Below are positions 30,338 through 39,848 of a stretch of 64,000 nt of DNA, one piece after another. The notes beneath the pieces were generated by a model. It was not told the DNA's origin. It saw nothing but the letters and a program-made list of their open reading frames with translations, and searched no databases. Location of the stretch: the NCBI GenBank assembly GCA_965116925.1, contig OZ220744.1, positions 480,001 through 544,000 on the forward strand, in the 5' to 3' direction. This DNA comes from Candidatus Poribacteria bacterium. GTDB lineage: Bacteria > Poribacteria > WGA-4E > PCPOR2b. Made by a program: the position numbers and the translations under genes. How positions within the stretch are numbered: position 1 is the stretch's first letter; each line of letters begins with the position of its first letter.

Positions 30338-32089
30338 ATGCTAAGAAAATACGATTTAACGCCCTCTGTCCTACTGCTCCTCCTACCAATTATTTTCTTT
30401 TTCTTCGTCTTTCTGATATACCCTCTCCTGTACATTTTCAAAGAATCTTTTTGGATTAACAACCGTCTGAGCATTGAGTATTTCAAGCTGATGGTTACGG
30501 ATGAAAGTATCCGGAAGTTGGTCGTCAATAGTTTCAATATGGGTATTGTGGTAACACTGACGACAACACTGATCACCCTGCCACTCGCCTATTTTCTCAC
30601 CCGTTACCGTTTCCCCGGACGTAACCTTCTACAAGGGGTTATCCTGATTCCGATTATCATGCCACCTTTCGTTGGAGCGATAGGTATGAAGCAGCTTTTC
30701 GGTCTGTACGGTAGCGTGAACATTTTTTTCAGCAAGATTGGGCTGATCGATTTGGCATCACCAATCGATTGGTTCGGTAGCGGTTTTTGGGGAGTGATTC
30801 TGCTGTCCACTTTGCATCTCTATCCGATAATGTATCTCAACGTCGTCGCGACACTGGCAAATGTAGACCCCAGTTTAGAGGAAGCAGCAGAAAACATGGG
30901 GGCATCACGCTTTACGCTTTTCCGGACGGTAACGCTTCCGCTCATGCTCCCCGGATATTTCGCCGGTGCCATTCTCGTGTTTATTTGGGCATTCACTGAT
31001 TTGGGTACACCGCTGATTTTCAACTATAATGAAGTTATAGCTGTCCGAATCTTTCGCCAAGTTACCGATGCCAACGTCAACCCGATGGGGTATGCACTGG
31101 TCGTCTTGATTATTGTGCTGACCGCCCTCGCATTTTACATCTCTAAGCGTTGGACTGGCACCGGACGGTATGAGATGCTCGGACGCGGGCATGTCGGTTC
31201 ACGTGAGATTCAAGCAAATCGCTGGATGTGTACCATTATCTATTGCTTCGTGGGATTCATTGTATTCATGGCGCTCTTGCCGCATATCAGTATCATCTTG
31301 ACATCGTTGACCCCTGACGCGAGTCAATGGCGCCTGAGTGTGCTGCCTCAGAGTTATACGCTGCAGCATTATTCAGAGGTTTTTAGCCATGAGAGCAAGC
31401 TGGAAGACACGCTGCTAAGTATCAAGAATAGTTTATTTTACAGTGTGTTCAGCACGCTGCTCGCGTTTCTCCTCGGAATTATACTCTCGTACCTTCTCAC
31501 CCGAAGGCGTATTCCCTTCAAGAACCTGCTCGATGCCATCGCCATGTTACCTTTAGCCCTGCCCGGTGTTGCACTCGCTTTTGGCTATGTGGGTAGTTTT
31601 GCGGATACGACGCTTTTACTCCGTCACTTGCCCCAGTCCATCGTATCCATCTTAGATCCTCGACAAAATCCGATTGTACTGCTAATCGTCAGTTACGCGG
31701 TGAGGCGTTTACCGTATATGCTTCGATCAATTTATGCGGGGCTTCAGCAGACTAGTGTTACATTGGAAGAGGCATCACAGAATCTTGGTGCTAACTCGGT
31801 ACGAACGTTGTACAAAATTACACTGCCCCTTGTAATTGCCAATATCATCGCCGGCTCAATTCTCGTGTTCTCGTTCTCGATGCTGGAAGTTGCTGACAGC
31901 TTGATCCTTGCGATGCGGGACCAGTATAATCCGATCACCAAAGCGATTTGGAATCTGTCCCAACGTCCAGTTGGCGGGGCGTATATTGCTTGTGCATTGG
32001 GTGTGGTAGGAATGTTTATCTTGATAGCGTGTCTAGTTGCTGCTGGGCGTATTTTGGGAGGACGTTTGGGTGAGATTTTCAAGATTTGA
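30338..32089 (+). CDS. ABC transporter permease, FbpB/Fe(III)-type with two TM domains
   Basis: Two EAA loops (LEEAAENMGAS, LEEASQNLGAN), FTDLGTPL. Confidence 0.9.
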   Translation: MLRKYDLTPSVLLLLLPIIFFFFVFLIYPLLYIFKESFWINNRLSIEYFKLMVTDESIRKLVVNSFNMGIVVTLTTTLITLPLAYFLTRYRFPGRNLLQGVILIPIIMPPFVGAIGMKQLFGLYGSVNIFFSKIGLIDLASPIDWFGSGFWGVILLSTLHLYPIMYLNVVATLANVDPSLEEAAENMGASRFTLFRTVTLPLMLPGYFAGAILVFIWAFTDLGTPLIFNYNEVIAVRIFRQVTDANVNPMGYALVVLIIVLTALAFYISKRWTGTGRYEMLGRGHVGSREIQANRWMCTIIYCFVGFIVFMALLPHISIILTSLTPDASQWRLSVLPQSYTLQHYSEVFSHESKLEDTLLSIKNSLFYSVFSTLLAFLLGIILSYLLTRRRIPFKNLLDAIAMLPLALPGVALAFGYVGSFADTTLLLRHLPQSIVSILDPRQNPIVLLIVSYAVRRLPYMLRSIYAGLQQTSVTLEEASQNLGANSVRTLYKITLPLVIANIIAGSILVFSFSMLEVADSLILAMRDQYNPITKAIWNLSQRPVGGAYIACALGVVGMFILIACLVAAGRILGGRLGEIFKI

Positions 32090-32248
32090 TACGTATGCCC
32101 GTGAAAGGTAATAGCTCAAACATGAGCAGAGGATTGCTTCTTTACCCTTGGCTCATGTTAAGAAATGGTGCAACAGAAACCGAGTTTTTTCGGTAAAACC
32201 CGGTTTCTCTTGATGTGTTGCACTTTCTTTTTATATGAGCGTTTCCTT

Positions 32249-34012
32249 TTACACGCTCGGTTCAACATACAATGTCTTTTCATGGGTGTAAGTCACGAAA
32301 CCCGAAGCGGTTCCTTTGGGTTTGATGACATACCGAAACCATGTATAATCGACCGGGACATAGCTAGCGTGTTGTGCTTTACTGAAGAATGCGGCGATCT
32401 GGGCGGCTTTTAGCAGCGTTGGCATAGGGATCCCCGGCTTATTTTCGGGATTGCGAATAATAACGTGTGAACCGTGAATTTGCTTTGCGTGTAACCACAT
32501 ATCCCGCTTTGACGCGATCCGGCGAAGGAGCAGGTCATTTTCCTTACTGTTGCGTCCCACATAAATCTGAAAACCGTCGGGCGAGGTATATTTCCGAAAC
32601 GCGCCGGCGGATTCGCTCTGTTTAGACTGACGTTTGGTTTCTTTTATCCAACCTTTCTTTACAAACTCAGATTGAATCGCTCGAAGTTCTTTCAACCTCT
32701 TTGCTTCTTCCACTTCCGAGACATAAGCCTGTAATGCCTCCTGTTCTGCTTCATTATCGGCAATCAACCGATGGATAACCGAACCCCCACGCTTTGCTTT
32801 GGTGTATCGCTTAAAGTATTGTTGGGCATTCTCTGACGGATTGAGTTGGGGATCAAGCTCGATTAGCAAGGTGCTTAAATCTGGGCTGTAGTAGTTCTGT
32901 ACCTCGATAACCGCCTGTCCGCGCTCGATTTGATGTAAATTTGCAGTGAGGAGCTCGCCTTTGATCCGATAATCTTCAGCCTGTTCCACAGTTGCCAAAT
33001 CCTGTCGTAGCGACACCTGTTTTCTCTCCAGTGCGGCACTCATTTTATCCAAAACCTGATGCAACGCGTTCCGTTCAGATTGCATCGCTTCATCACGAAT
33101 AATTGCGTCGTAGTAGGCGGATAGGGCTTCGCTCATAGTTTCAAAAAACCGGCTCTCAGTGTTTGGGAATTGCGCCAGTTTTAACGCAGCTACAGCTACA
33201 ACCTTATCTCCATCTTTCAAGTAGGTGTGGGTGTTTGCGTCCTCTGCTAATTGGAACTGTTTGACCGAATTGCCCCCTTCAATAAGCACTTGAGGTTGGC
33301 TGCGAGAGGGATCGAAACAGCTTACAATCTGCCGATATGCTTCCCATAGATCAGCTGGGGTTGAGCAATCACCGGCGCGGGCGATAATCTCTTTGGCGAG
33401 AGGTGGACTCAAGCCATCAATCTGGTTAAACAGAAATCGCCAACCGACTTCACGGTTTTCAATAAGCGAAATAAAGGTATCTTGGCCCAATTTGAGGGGA
33501 TGCCATTTATCCTGTTGTGGTGGTGGGGTATAGGTCAAACCGGGTAACACCTCACGATAACGGCTCATCGTCTCATCAATATGTTTGATACTTTCGAGGA
33601 TATTGCCAGTTGCTTCATCAATAAGGATGATATTGCTATATTTGCCCATTACTTCTGCGATAATCGATTTAGGTGACGATTCGAGAATATCAGATGTGGG
33701 GGCGATAGTAAGTTTGAGTATCCGATCCAAGCCAACCTGTTCTACCATTGTGATCCGACCATGCATAACGTGCTTTATCAGGAAATCCGCAAAATGGGAC
33801 TGAGGTTGTCCTTTCGGCGGGCGCTCAATCAGATGTGCACGGGCATGAATAGAATGGGTTGAAATAAGTAAAAAGTGAGTCTTGGTTGGCTGAGAGATTT
33901 TCAGTACAATGCTGTGGGGGTTCAGCTGTTCAATATGCCGAATGGTCCCATTCAGAATTGTATGACGGAGCTCGTCGGTCACAAGATGTAAAGCTAGACT
34001 ATCGAATGACAT
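32249..34012 (-). CDS. rqcH: NFACT/FbpA family ribosome quality-control protein RqcH
   Basis: MSFDSL start, GLDRI and EVMGKYSNIIL (NFACT-N), ENAQQYFKRYTKAKR, VGRNSKEND, WLHAKQIHGSHV (NFACT-R). Confidence 0.92.
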   Translation of the reverse strand: MSFDSLALHLVTDELRHTILNGTIRHIEQLNPHSIVLKISQPTKTHFLLISTHSIHARAHLIERPPKGQPQSHFADFLIKHVMHGRITMVEQVGLDRILKLTIAPTSDILESSPKSIIAEVMGKYSNIILIDEATGNILESIKHIDETMSRYREVLPGLTYTPPPQQDKWHPLKLGQDTFISLIENREVGWRFLFNQIDGLSPPLAKEIIARAGDCSTPADLWEAYRQIVSCFDPSRSQPQVLIEGGNSVKQFQLAEDANTHTYLKDGDKVVAVAALKLAQFPNTESRFFETMSEALSAYYDAIIRDEAMQSERNALHQVLDKMSAALERKQVSLRQDLATVEQAEDYRIKGELLTANLHQIERGQAVIEVQNYYSPDLSTLLIELDPQLNPSENAQQYFKRYTKAKRGGSVIHRLIADNEAEQEALQAYVSEVEEAKRLKELRAIQSEFVKKGWIKETKRQSKQSESAGAFRKYTSPDGFQIYVGRNSKENDLLLRRIASKRDMWLHAKQIHGSHVIIRNPENKPGIPMPTLLKAAQIAAFFSKAQHASYVPVDYTWFRYVIKPKGTASGFVTYTHEKTLYVEPSV

Positions 34013-34300
34013 GAGGCAAACCTCGTGGAAGTGATGTATCGTGAATGCTTGCACCCGCAGTGGTATCGTGTTTCTCAGCGTGTCGCTCGACGGAACGGTT
34101 GCTCATTATACCATAATTCCATAGAGAACGGCACGAAAAACCGACCTGTGGTGCTGCTGAGTTGAGGGTTTGACCTGTAGGAGATTTCGCTGTTTCCTTT
34201 GATATAGGGCAATCGCATATAAAAAAATCTTGACAGTGTTGTGAATTGGGTTAATGTATGATGAAGATGGCTGTCGTATCTAAAAAAAGAATGACAGTCA

Positions 34301-34433
34301 AAACTTTGCCATACTCCGACGGATTGCACTGAACCTGCTCAAGAGAAAACCCTCAGCCAAGATCAGGGGTGCCACCAAACGGTTGAAAGCCGCATGGGAC
34401 ACTGACTACTTAACTACGGTACTGGCTATGCTC
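34301..34433 (-). ncRNA. candidate structured ncRNA of ~133 nt, identity unassigned (6S-like elements)
   Basis: Promoter immediately upstream; 5' and 3' ends pair; long internal hairpin with G-U pairs that form only on the minus strand. Confidence 0.55.
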
Positions 34434-34439
34434 TTCTAG

Positions 34440-34468
34440 ATTCTCACATGCGATTGCTCTAGTGTCAA
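34440..34468 (-). promoter_or_regulatory. sigma70-type promoter for the ncRNA candidate
   Basis: TTGACA (34468-34463), 17-nt spacer, TGn-GAGAAT (34445-34440). Confidence 0.65.
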
Positions 34469-34690
34469 TTAAGAATCTTGTTTCAGTCCTCTGTAAACCG
34501 TGCTATAATTTTTAAGTGATACTATCGAATGCCTATAGTAGTAGTAACCTTTGATGCGAGTTGCTTCGCTAATGAACCAATCTGTGCATCACGTTTTACG
34601 TTTCGCTCACGGTGCGTGTTAATCCTTACCTACTAAATTCCGTCTCAATGTGTAAATGGAAATGATCACAAAAGCTACAGGAGATATTGA

Positions 34691-35935
34691 ATGCAAATTA
34701 TACAAAGCTTGTTCATTGGGTTGGCTGCTTTGAGACGGAATAAACTCAGATCGCTGTTGACGATGCTCGGTATCATCATTGGTATTTCTGCAGTTGTCGG
34801 TATGGTCTCGATTGGCGATGGGGCTAAATTTTTAGTCTTGGCGGAGTTTGAACGAATGGGTGGATCCGATCTGATTATCTGTTTCCGGCCGCGCTGGATT
34901 CAGAGGGAGGATGGCACCTGGGAACAGAATAAAGCCCCTGTGTACCTCGAATACGAGGACATTAATGCAATTATGACAGCTTGTCCTTCAATCAAGAGTA
35001 TCACGGGAGAGATTGATACGATGGCGCGACCTATATCGTACAAAGGGGAGACGAAGCATTTCCGATTTGAAGGAGTTACGCCGCTTTATCAAGAGGTTCA
35101 CAACTGGTATGTCCGATCTGGACGTTTTGTCCAACAGGAGGATTTGGATCGGAACGAGTCGGTATGCGTAATTGGGACGGAGGTCCAAAGAGATCTATTC
35201 GGCAAAACAGATCCAATCGGTCAAGAGTTAAAGATTGGCAGACAGCGCTTTACCGTCATTGGAGTGATGGAGGAGAAAGGTGACAGAATGGCGACGGAGG
35301 GCTGGGATAGAAAGCTAATTGTTCCATTTACAACGATGTGGACCCGTTTCATCGGCGATCAGAAGCGAGGATTTGAATTATGGATGAAAGCGGAGAGTTT
35401 TGAAAAAGTGGACCAAGCACTGGCGGAGGTGATGATTACCCTACGTCGCCGGCACGGCTCTGAAGAACACTTCCAATTTTACACCGCAAAGGCGGTACTG
35501 GAACAGGTCGGGCAAGTCAGTCAGGTCCTCAAGATTTTGCTCGGTGGTGTGGCGAGCATCTCCTTATTGGTAGGCGGCATCGGTATCATGAATATCATGC
35601 TTGTTTCCGTTACGGAACGCACGCGGGAAATTGGGCTGCGCAAAGCTGTTGGCGCAAGACATCGCGATATTTTGCAGCAGTTTCTAATTGAATCGGTTGT
35701 GTTGAGCGTCTCTGGGGGACTGATTGGAATTCTCATTAGCGGGTTCATTACTTTTGTCGTCGCGTGGGGAGTCACAACATTTCTCATCAAAGAGACAGAA
35801 TGGCCCGCCGTGGTGTCGTTATGGGCGGCAGCCGTTGCTTTCGGTTCTTCCATGTTGATCGGTGTAGTTTTTGGGATTCTTCCTGCCTATAAGGCGGCGC
35901 GCTTGATGCCAACCGAGGCTTTGCGGCATGAATAA
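34691..35935 (+). CDS. MacB/FtsX-type ABC transporter permease
   Basis: RSLLTMLGIIIG, GGIGIMNIMLVSVTERTREIGLRKAVGA, PTEALRHE. Confidence 0.93.
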   Translation: MQIIQSLFIGLAALRRNKLRSLLTMLGIIIGISAVVGMVSIGDGAKFLVLAEFERMGGSDLIICFRPRWIQREDGTWEQNKAPVYLEYEDINAIMTACPSIKSITGEIDTMARPISYKGETKHFRFEGVTPLYQEVHNWYVRSGRFVQQEDLDRNESVCVIGTEVQRDLFGKTDPIGQELKIGRQRFTVIGVMEEKGDRMATEGWDRKLIVPFTTMWTRFIGDQKRGFELWMKAESFEKVDQALAEVMITLRRRHGSEEHFQFYTAKAVLEQVGQVSQVLKILLGGVASISLLVGGIGIMNIMLVSVTERTREIGLRKAVGARHRDILQQFLIESVVLSVSGGLIGILISGFITFVVAWGVTTFLIKETEWPAVVSLWAAAVAFGSSMLIGVVFGILPAYKAARLMPTEALRHE

Positions 35936-36188
35936 AAATACTATTGAGAAGAAGCCACCGTCTAGGTAGAGGTAAATTGATAGAGGTTCATGTCAAAAAC
36001 TTGATTTCTCTTAGCATTTTGTACTTTCCTTGTGTATGAGCCCCGTAGGTCGTGCAGCCTAGCCCGGCTGCATCAATGAACAAATGGTTCTCACGCATCA
36101 CGTTTCACGCTTTTTGCGCTTTACACCTGTTTTTGACATGAATGTTGATGAAAATCTAGAGAGTTAAAGTATAAAAGGAGGGATAAAT

Positions 36189-37283
36189 GTGATCAAATTA
36201 TATGGCGAGGATTACCATCGTCTCCAGCTACTTCGACATGTCGGAGACATTTCCCAAATTGCGGGTGTGAAGCGATATGAATTAGCGAGCGGATCTGAGA
36301 AAGGAGTGACTGGCGTTGATTTTCGGACCGGTTCCGGGTTAAATTTTTCTGTCCTACCGGACCGCGGATTAGACATCTCTTATGCGGAATACAACGGTAT
36401 TCCGTTGTGCTGGCGTTCCAGCACCGGCGATGTCGCGCCCACCTACTACGAACCGGAGGGGAATGGATGGCTACGTGGATTCTTTGGTGGGTTATTAACC
36501 ACCTGCGGCATGACGTACCTAGGCGAGCCGGATACCGATCAGGAAGAATCGCTCGGCTTGCACGGCAGAGTGTCTTATATCCCTGCCCAAAATGTATGGA
36601 TCGATAGCCGTTGGGAGGGGGATCGGTATATCATGTGGGCGCAAGGCAAGGTGACAGAAACAACGGTCTACGGTGAAAACCTCTGTCGAACCCGGCGTAT
36701 TTGGACAGAACTTGGCGCAACGAAACTCCATATCGAAGATATTGTTGAGAATCTTGGCTATCAGGATACACCGCACATGTACCTATTCCATATCAACCCC
36801 GGATTTCCTATCGTTGCTGAAGGTTCCGAGTTGATTGCCCCCTCGTCGCAAGTAACCCCAATGGATGAACACTCGGCGGGAAAATTAAGCGACCATGCAC
36901 AGTGCGAAGCACCTACTGTCGATTTTCGTGAAGAAGTGTATTACCATGAGATGAAAGCGGATGAAGATAACCATATCTATGTTGCTCTGGTCAATCGGTC
37001 CTTCAACAATGGACAAGGGCTTGGACTGTACGTGAGATACCACAAAACGCAGCTTCCCAAATTCGTTCAATGGAAAATGAACGGTGAGGGCCTCTATGTT
37101 ATTGGCTTGGAACCAGCAAACTGCTGGGTCGATGGCAGGTCAAAGGAGAAAGAACGAGGGACGTTGGAATTTCTGGAACCAGGTGGACGCAGACATTATG
37201 AAGTTGAAATCGGTGTTCTGCCTTCTAACACAGCCATTGAGAGGCTAGCAGAAAAGATTGAAGCGACAAAGAGAAGTAACTAA
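36189..37283 (+). CDS. aldose 1-epimerase family / DUF4432 protein
   Basis: LPDRGLDI, GGLLTTCG, LHGR, LFHINPG, IGLEPAN. Confidence 0.85.
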   Translation: MIKLYGEDYHRLQLLRHVGDISQIAGVKRYELASGSEKGVTGVDFRTGSGLNFSVLPDRGLDISYAEYNGIPLCWRSSTGDVAPTYYEPEGNGWLRGFFGGLLTTCGMTYLGEPDTDQEESLGLHGRVSYIPAQNVWIDSRWEGDRYIMWAQGKVTETTVYGENLCRTRRIWTELGATKLHIEDIVENLGYQDTPHMYLFHINPGFPIVAEGSELIAPSSQVTPMDEHSAGKLSDHAQCEAPTVDFREEVYYHEMKADEDNHIYVALVNRSFNNGQGLGLYVRYHKTQLPKFVQWKMNGEGLYVIGLEPANCWVDGRSKEKERGTLEFLEPGGRRHYEVEIGVLPSNTAIERLAEKIEATKRSN

Positions 37284-37409
37284 TCTGGATCGACTGAAAC
37301 GGGTTGATAGATTCACCGTGTAAATTTCTCAAGCCTATCGTAAACTAGCATGATGCTAAAATCAGTTCTATATACGTACCAACTCACCTTTACAAAGGAG
37401 AAATAAATT

Positions 37410-39254
37410 ATGAGAACGTCCTGTCGTCTAACTGCCGTAGCTCTAATCTTGCTGACTAGCATCATGGTGTTAAGCTACAGCGGGAAAGAGATAATGGCAG
37501 CTCCCGAGGTTGATCCTGACAGCGTTTTGAATGTGATCCCGCAAGACACCGTTGGGGTGATTTACATACCGAGCTTACTTGGAATCAATGACGAAATTAA
37601 CGCACTTCTGGCAGAACTGATTCCTGAAGATCCACCGCAAGAACTGCCCGCTCAGATATTAGCTGAGACCTTTGGAGCAGGTTTTGAGACGCTAGAAGAA
37701 TTGGAGGAACTGGGTTTGGATATGCGGAGAAACTTCGCGGTGTTTCTCTCCGGTGTGAATCCGCTGATGTATTCCGCTGCAGTTCACGTTAAAGATGCGG
37801 AAAGCGTTAAACAGCTAATCGAAATGGAAGCGGAAGGCAGTAGTTCTTTTACCCATAACGGTGTGGCATATTATACTACGGGTGAGGAGGGCGCATTTGT
37901 TCTGATGGATGATGTAATGATCTATTCCGGTTCAGCGGAGATCTGTAAAAAGGTCATTGATACCCAGAAAAAGACGATGCCATCAATAGCAGACAATGCC
38001 GATTTTCAATCGCTCGAACTCGATACCACATCTGGCGTAAATGACGTGATTGCTTATTTTGCAATGGATGCGATTGCGGATGCCCTCCGTCCCATGTTGA
38101 CCGAAAAAGCGGAAGAATTAAAGGCAGACATGGAGACAAGTGCCGAAACGGACCCAGAACTCGGGGTTGGCTTGAGGCAGGCTCAAAGTCTAATTGACGG
38201 TGGGCTATGGGTGCTGGATCAGTCAAAAACCTTGACTCTTACCGTGCAGCTCAACGGTACCGATCTCCAGATTTCTCCGTTCCTTAAATTTAAGCCGGAT
38301 AGCGAAATCCAAGCATATATTAGTCAAATGCCGAGAGAACTGACGCACCTCAAATACCTGCCCCAAACTGCATTTCTCAATGGCGAAATGCAATTTCAGA
38401 AGGAGATATTCATTGAGCTTACACAGACAATGATGCAGCTGTTTATCCCTTCGAGTTTGAACGCGGATACAGCGAAGATTGAAGAAGCAACCGAGGCACT
38501 TACTGAAGCCACGAAAAAGTTCTACGCGGGCTTAGGAGATGAGATCGCTTTTTCTGGTAATTTCGGTGGGAGCCTGATGCCTGACATTTTATACATCTAC
38601 GATGTGAAGGATGAAGCACAGGTTAAAGCCACCATGGAGAAAGATTTCACCGGATATTTGGGAGCGACCATGGGACTAATGCAAGCGTTGGGAACCACGC
38701 AGGAATTAACTAGTATGTACAGCGATGTGTCTGCAGGTCCCCCTGAGATTTACAACGGCGTGGAGATTAAGAGCTACATTCTGCCGAATATCAACGCCAT
38801 TTTCGCTGAACTTCCGCCCGGTATGGAAGTTGCTGCCCCAGAGCAGTGGAATGTCTACTATACTATCAACGACGGCAAAATGCTCTACGCAATGGCGGGC
38901 GACGCCCAACCTATAAAAAGCGTACTAGACCGAATGGCGGGTATGGAAGCAGGCTTTGATGAAGCGGCAGGTTACACCAAATTGACCGGGGCGTTGACCT
39001 TGAAAAACAACATGTTCTTTGCGATTTCACCTATCACTACGGTCAAGAGTCTCGTACAGATCTTAGCACAAGTGGATCCAAACTTTGGCATGATCCAAAT
39101 GTTTTTGGTGAACATTCCCGAAACCTACAGCATCGGTATTGCTAGCCAAAATCGGGACAACGGTGTTGCAGGAGAGCTATTTATCTCGCTCGGCGATTTT
39201 AAGGAAATCATCATTATGCTTGTCGGTCTGCAGCAAATGGGAGGAATGCAGTAA
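37410..39254 (+). CDS. secreted hypothetical protein (possibly DUF3352-like)
   Basis: N-terminal signal peptide, AAGGAG RBS, acidic 614-aa body. Family assignment is tentative. Confidence 0.7.
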   Translation: MRTSCRLTAVALILLTSIMVLSYSGKEIMAAPEVDPDSVLNVIPQDTVGVIYIPSLLGINDEINALLAELIPEDPPQELPAQILAETFGAGFETLEELEELGLDMRRNFAVFLSGVNPLMYSAAVHVKDAESVKQLIEMEAEGSSSFTHNGVAYYTTGEEGAFVLMDDVMIYSGSAEICKKVIDTQKKTMPSIADNADFQSLELDTTSGVNDVIAYFAMDAIADALRPMLTEKAEELKADMETSAETDPELGVGLRQAQSLIDGGLWVLDQSKTLTLTVQLNGTDLQISPFLKFKPDSEIQAYISQMPRELTHLKYLPQTAFLNGEMQFQKEIFIELTQTMMQLFIPSSLNADTAKIEEATEALTEATKKFYAGLGDEIAFSGNFGGSLMPDILYIYDVKDEAQVKATMEKDFTGYLGATMGLMQALGTTQELTSMYSDVSAGPPEIYNGVEIKSYILPNINAIFAELPPGMEVAAPEQWNVYYTINDGKMLYAMAGDAQPIKSVLDRMAGMEAGFDEAAGYTKLTGALTLKNNMFFAISPITTVKSLVQILAQVDPNFGMIQMFLVNIPETYSIGIASQNRDNGVAGELFISLGDFKEIIIMLVGLQQMGGMQ

Positions 39255-39321
39255 TTCGACGACACTAGTCTCATCAAGGAGCTGTTAAGTGATATGGTAA
39301 AGGTAGGAAGGAAGAAATGGA

Positions 39322-39364
39322 AGAACGGAAGGTATCAGTTCGTTGATTCGACACCTTCCGTTCT
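39322..39364. terminator. hairpin between convergent genes
   Basis: AGAACGGAAGGT / ACCTTCCGTTCT inverted repeat. Confidence 0.5.
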
Positions 39365-39384
39365 CGCTTAATCGTAGGAATCGC

Positions 39385-39768
39385 CTAATTTGTCGCCGTC
39401 TTTGCGGGAAAACCCGCGTTCGTGACAGCATCGGCCAATTGGACACTAGTGGCTTTGCCTTTTTCCAGTTTAACGATGGCTGTACCATCTGCTTGAGAAA
39501 CATCGGCACTAATCACGCCGGGAACGTTTGTAAGTGCGGCCCGCACTTTGGATACACAGCCACCTCACGTCATCCCATCAACGTTTAGTGTGATCTGTTC
39601 GTGAGCTGCCGGTGCTGCTTCAGACATATCGGTACTTGCAGCGGTTTCAGTTTCCGTAGCTGCGGGTGCTGCTGTCTCAGCTGCCTTTTCCATCTTCTTC
39701 TCTGAAGCACAGCCGATAGCAAATAGAATTGCGACGCAGCAAATTAGTGTCAGTTTTAATATGTGCAT
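39385..39768 (-). CDS. lipoprotein with selenocysteine-containing heavy-metal-associated (HMA, CopZ/MerP-like) domain
   Basis: Lipobox AIGC, Ala/Thr/Glu linker, then ITLNVDGMT-[TGA]-GGCVSKVRAALTNVPGVISADVS...LADAVTNAGF. The TGA sits at the first Cys of the GMxCxxC motif, and the frame stays open for 59 more codons to TAG. Confidence 0.85.
39528..39564 (-). promoter_or_regulatory. bacterial SECIS-like hairpin
   Basis: AAGUGC-GGGCC-GCACUU stem-loop (39548-39532); the G-starting loop begins after 22 nt 3' of the UGA. Confidence 0.7.
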
Positions 39769-39810
39769 TTGGGTTACACCTCCTTTGGAATTGTAATCAT
39801 ATGTCTATCT

Positions 39811-39839
39811 ATTGTATGCGACGATATCGATTTTGTCAA
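39811..39839 (-). promoter_or_regulatory. sigma70-type promoter of the Sec-HMA gene
   Basis: TTGACA (39839-39834), 17-nt spacer containing the palindrome CGATATCG, TACAAT (39816-39811); GGAGG RBS. Confidence 0.75.
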
Positions 39840-39848
39840 ATAAAATAT

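Noticed and set aside
34370..34426. c-di-GMP-I or c-di-AMP riboswitch on the plus strand
   Set aside because: Only partial resemblance (CAAAC..GAAA..GGGAC); the second conserved stem is absent and G-U pairing favours the minus strand.
39817..39833. MerR/CueR-type operator in the Sec-HMA promoter
   Set aside because: The spacer is 17 nt rather than the 19-20 nt typical of MerR-family promoters, and the 8-bp palindrome alone is weak evidence.
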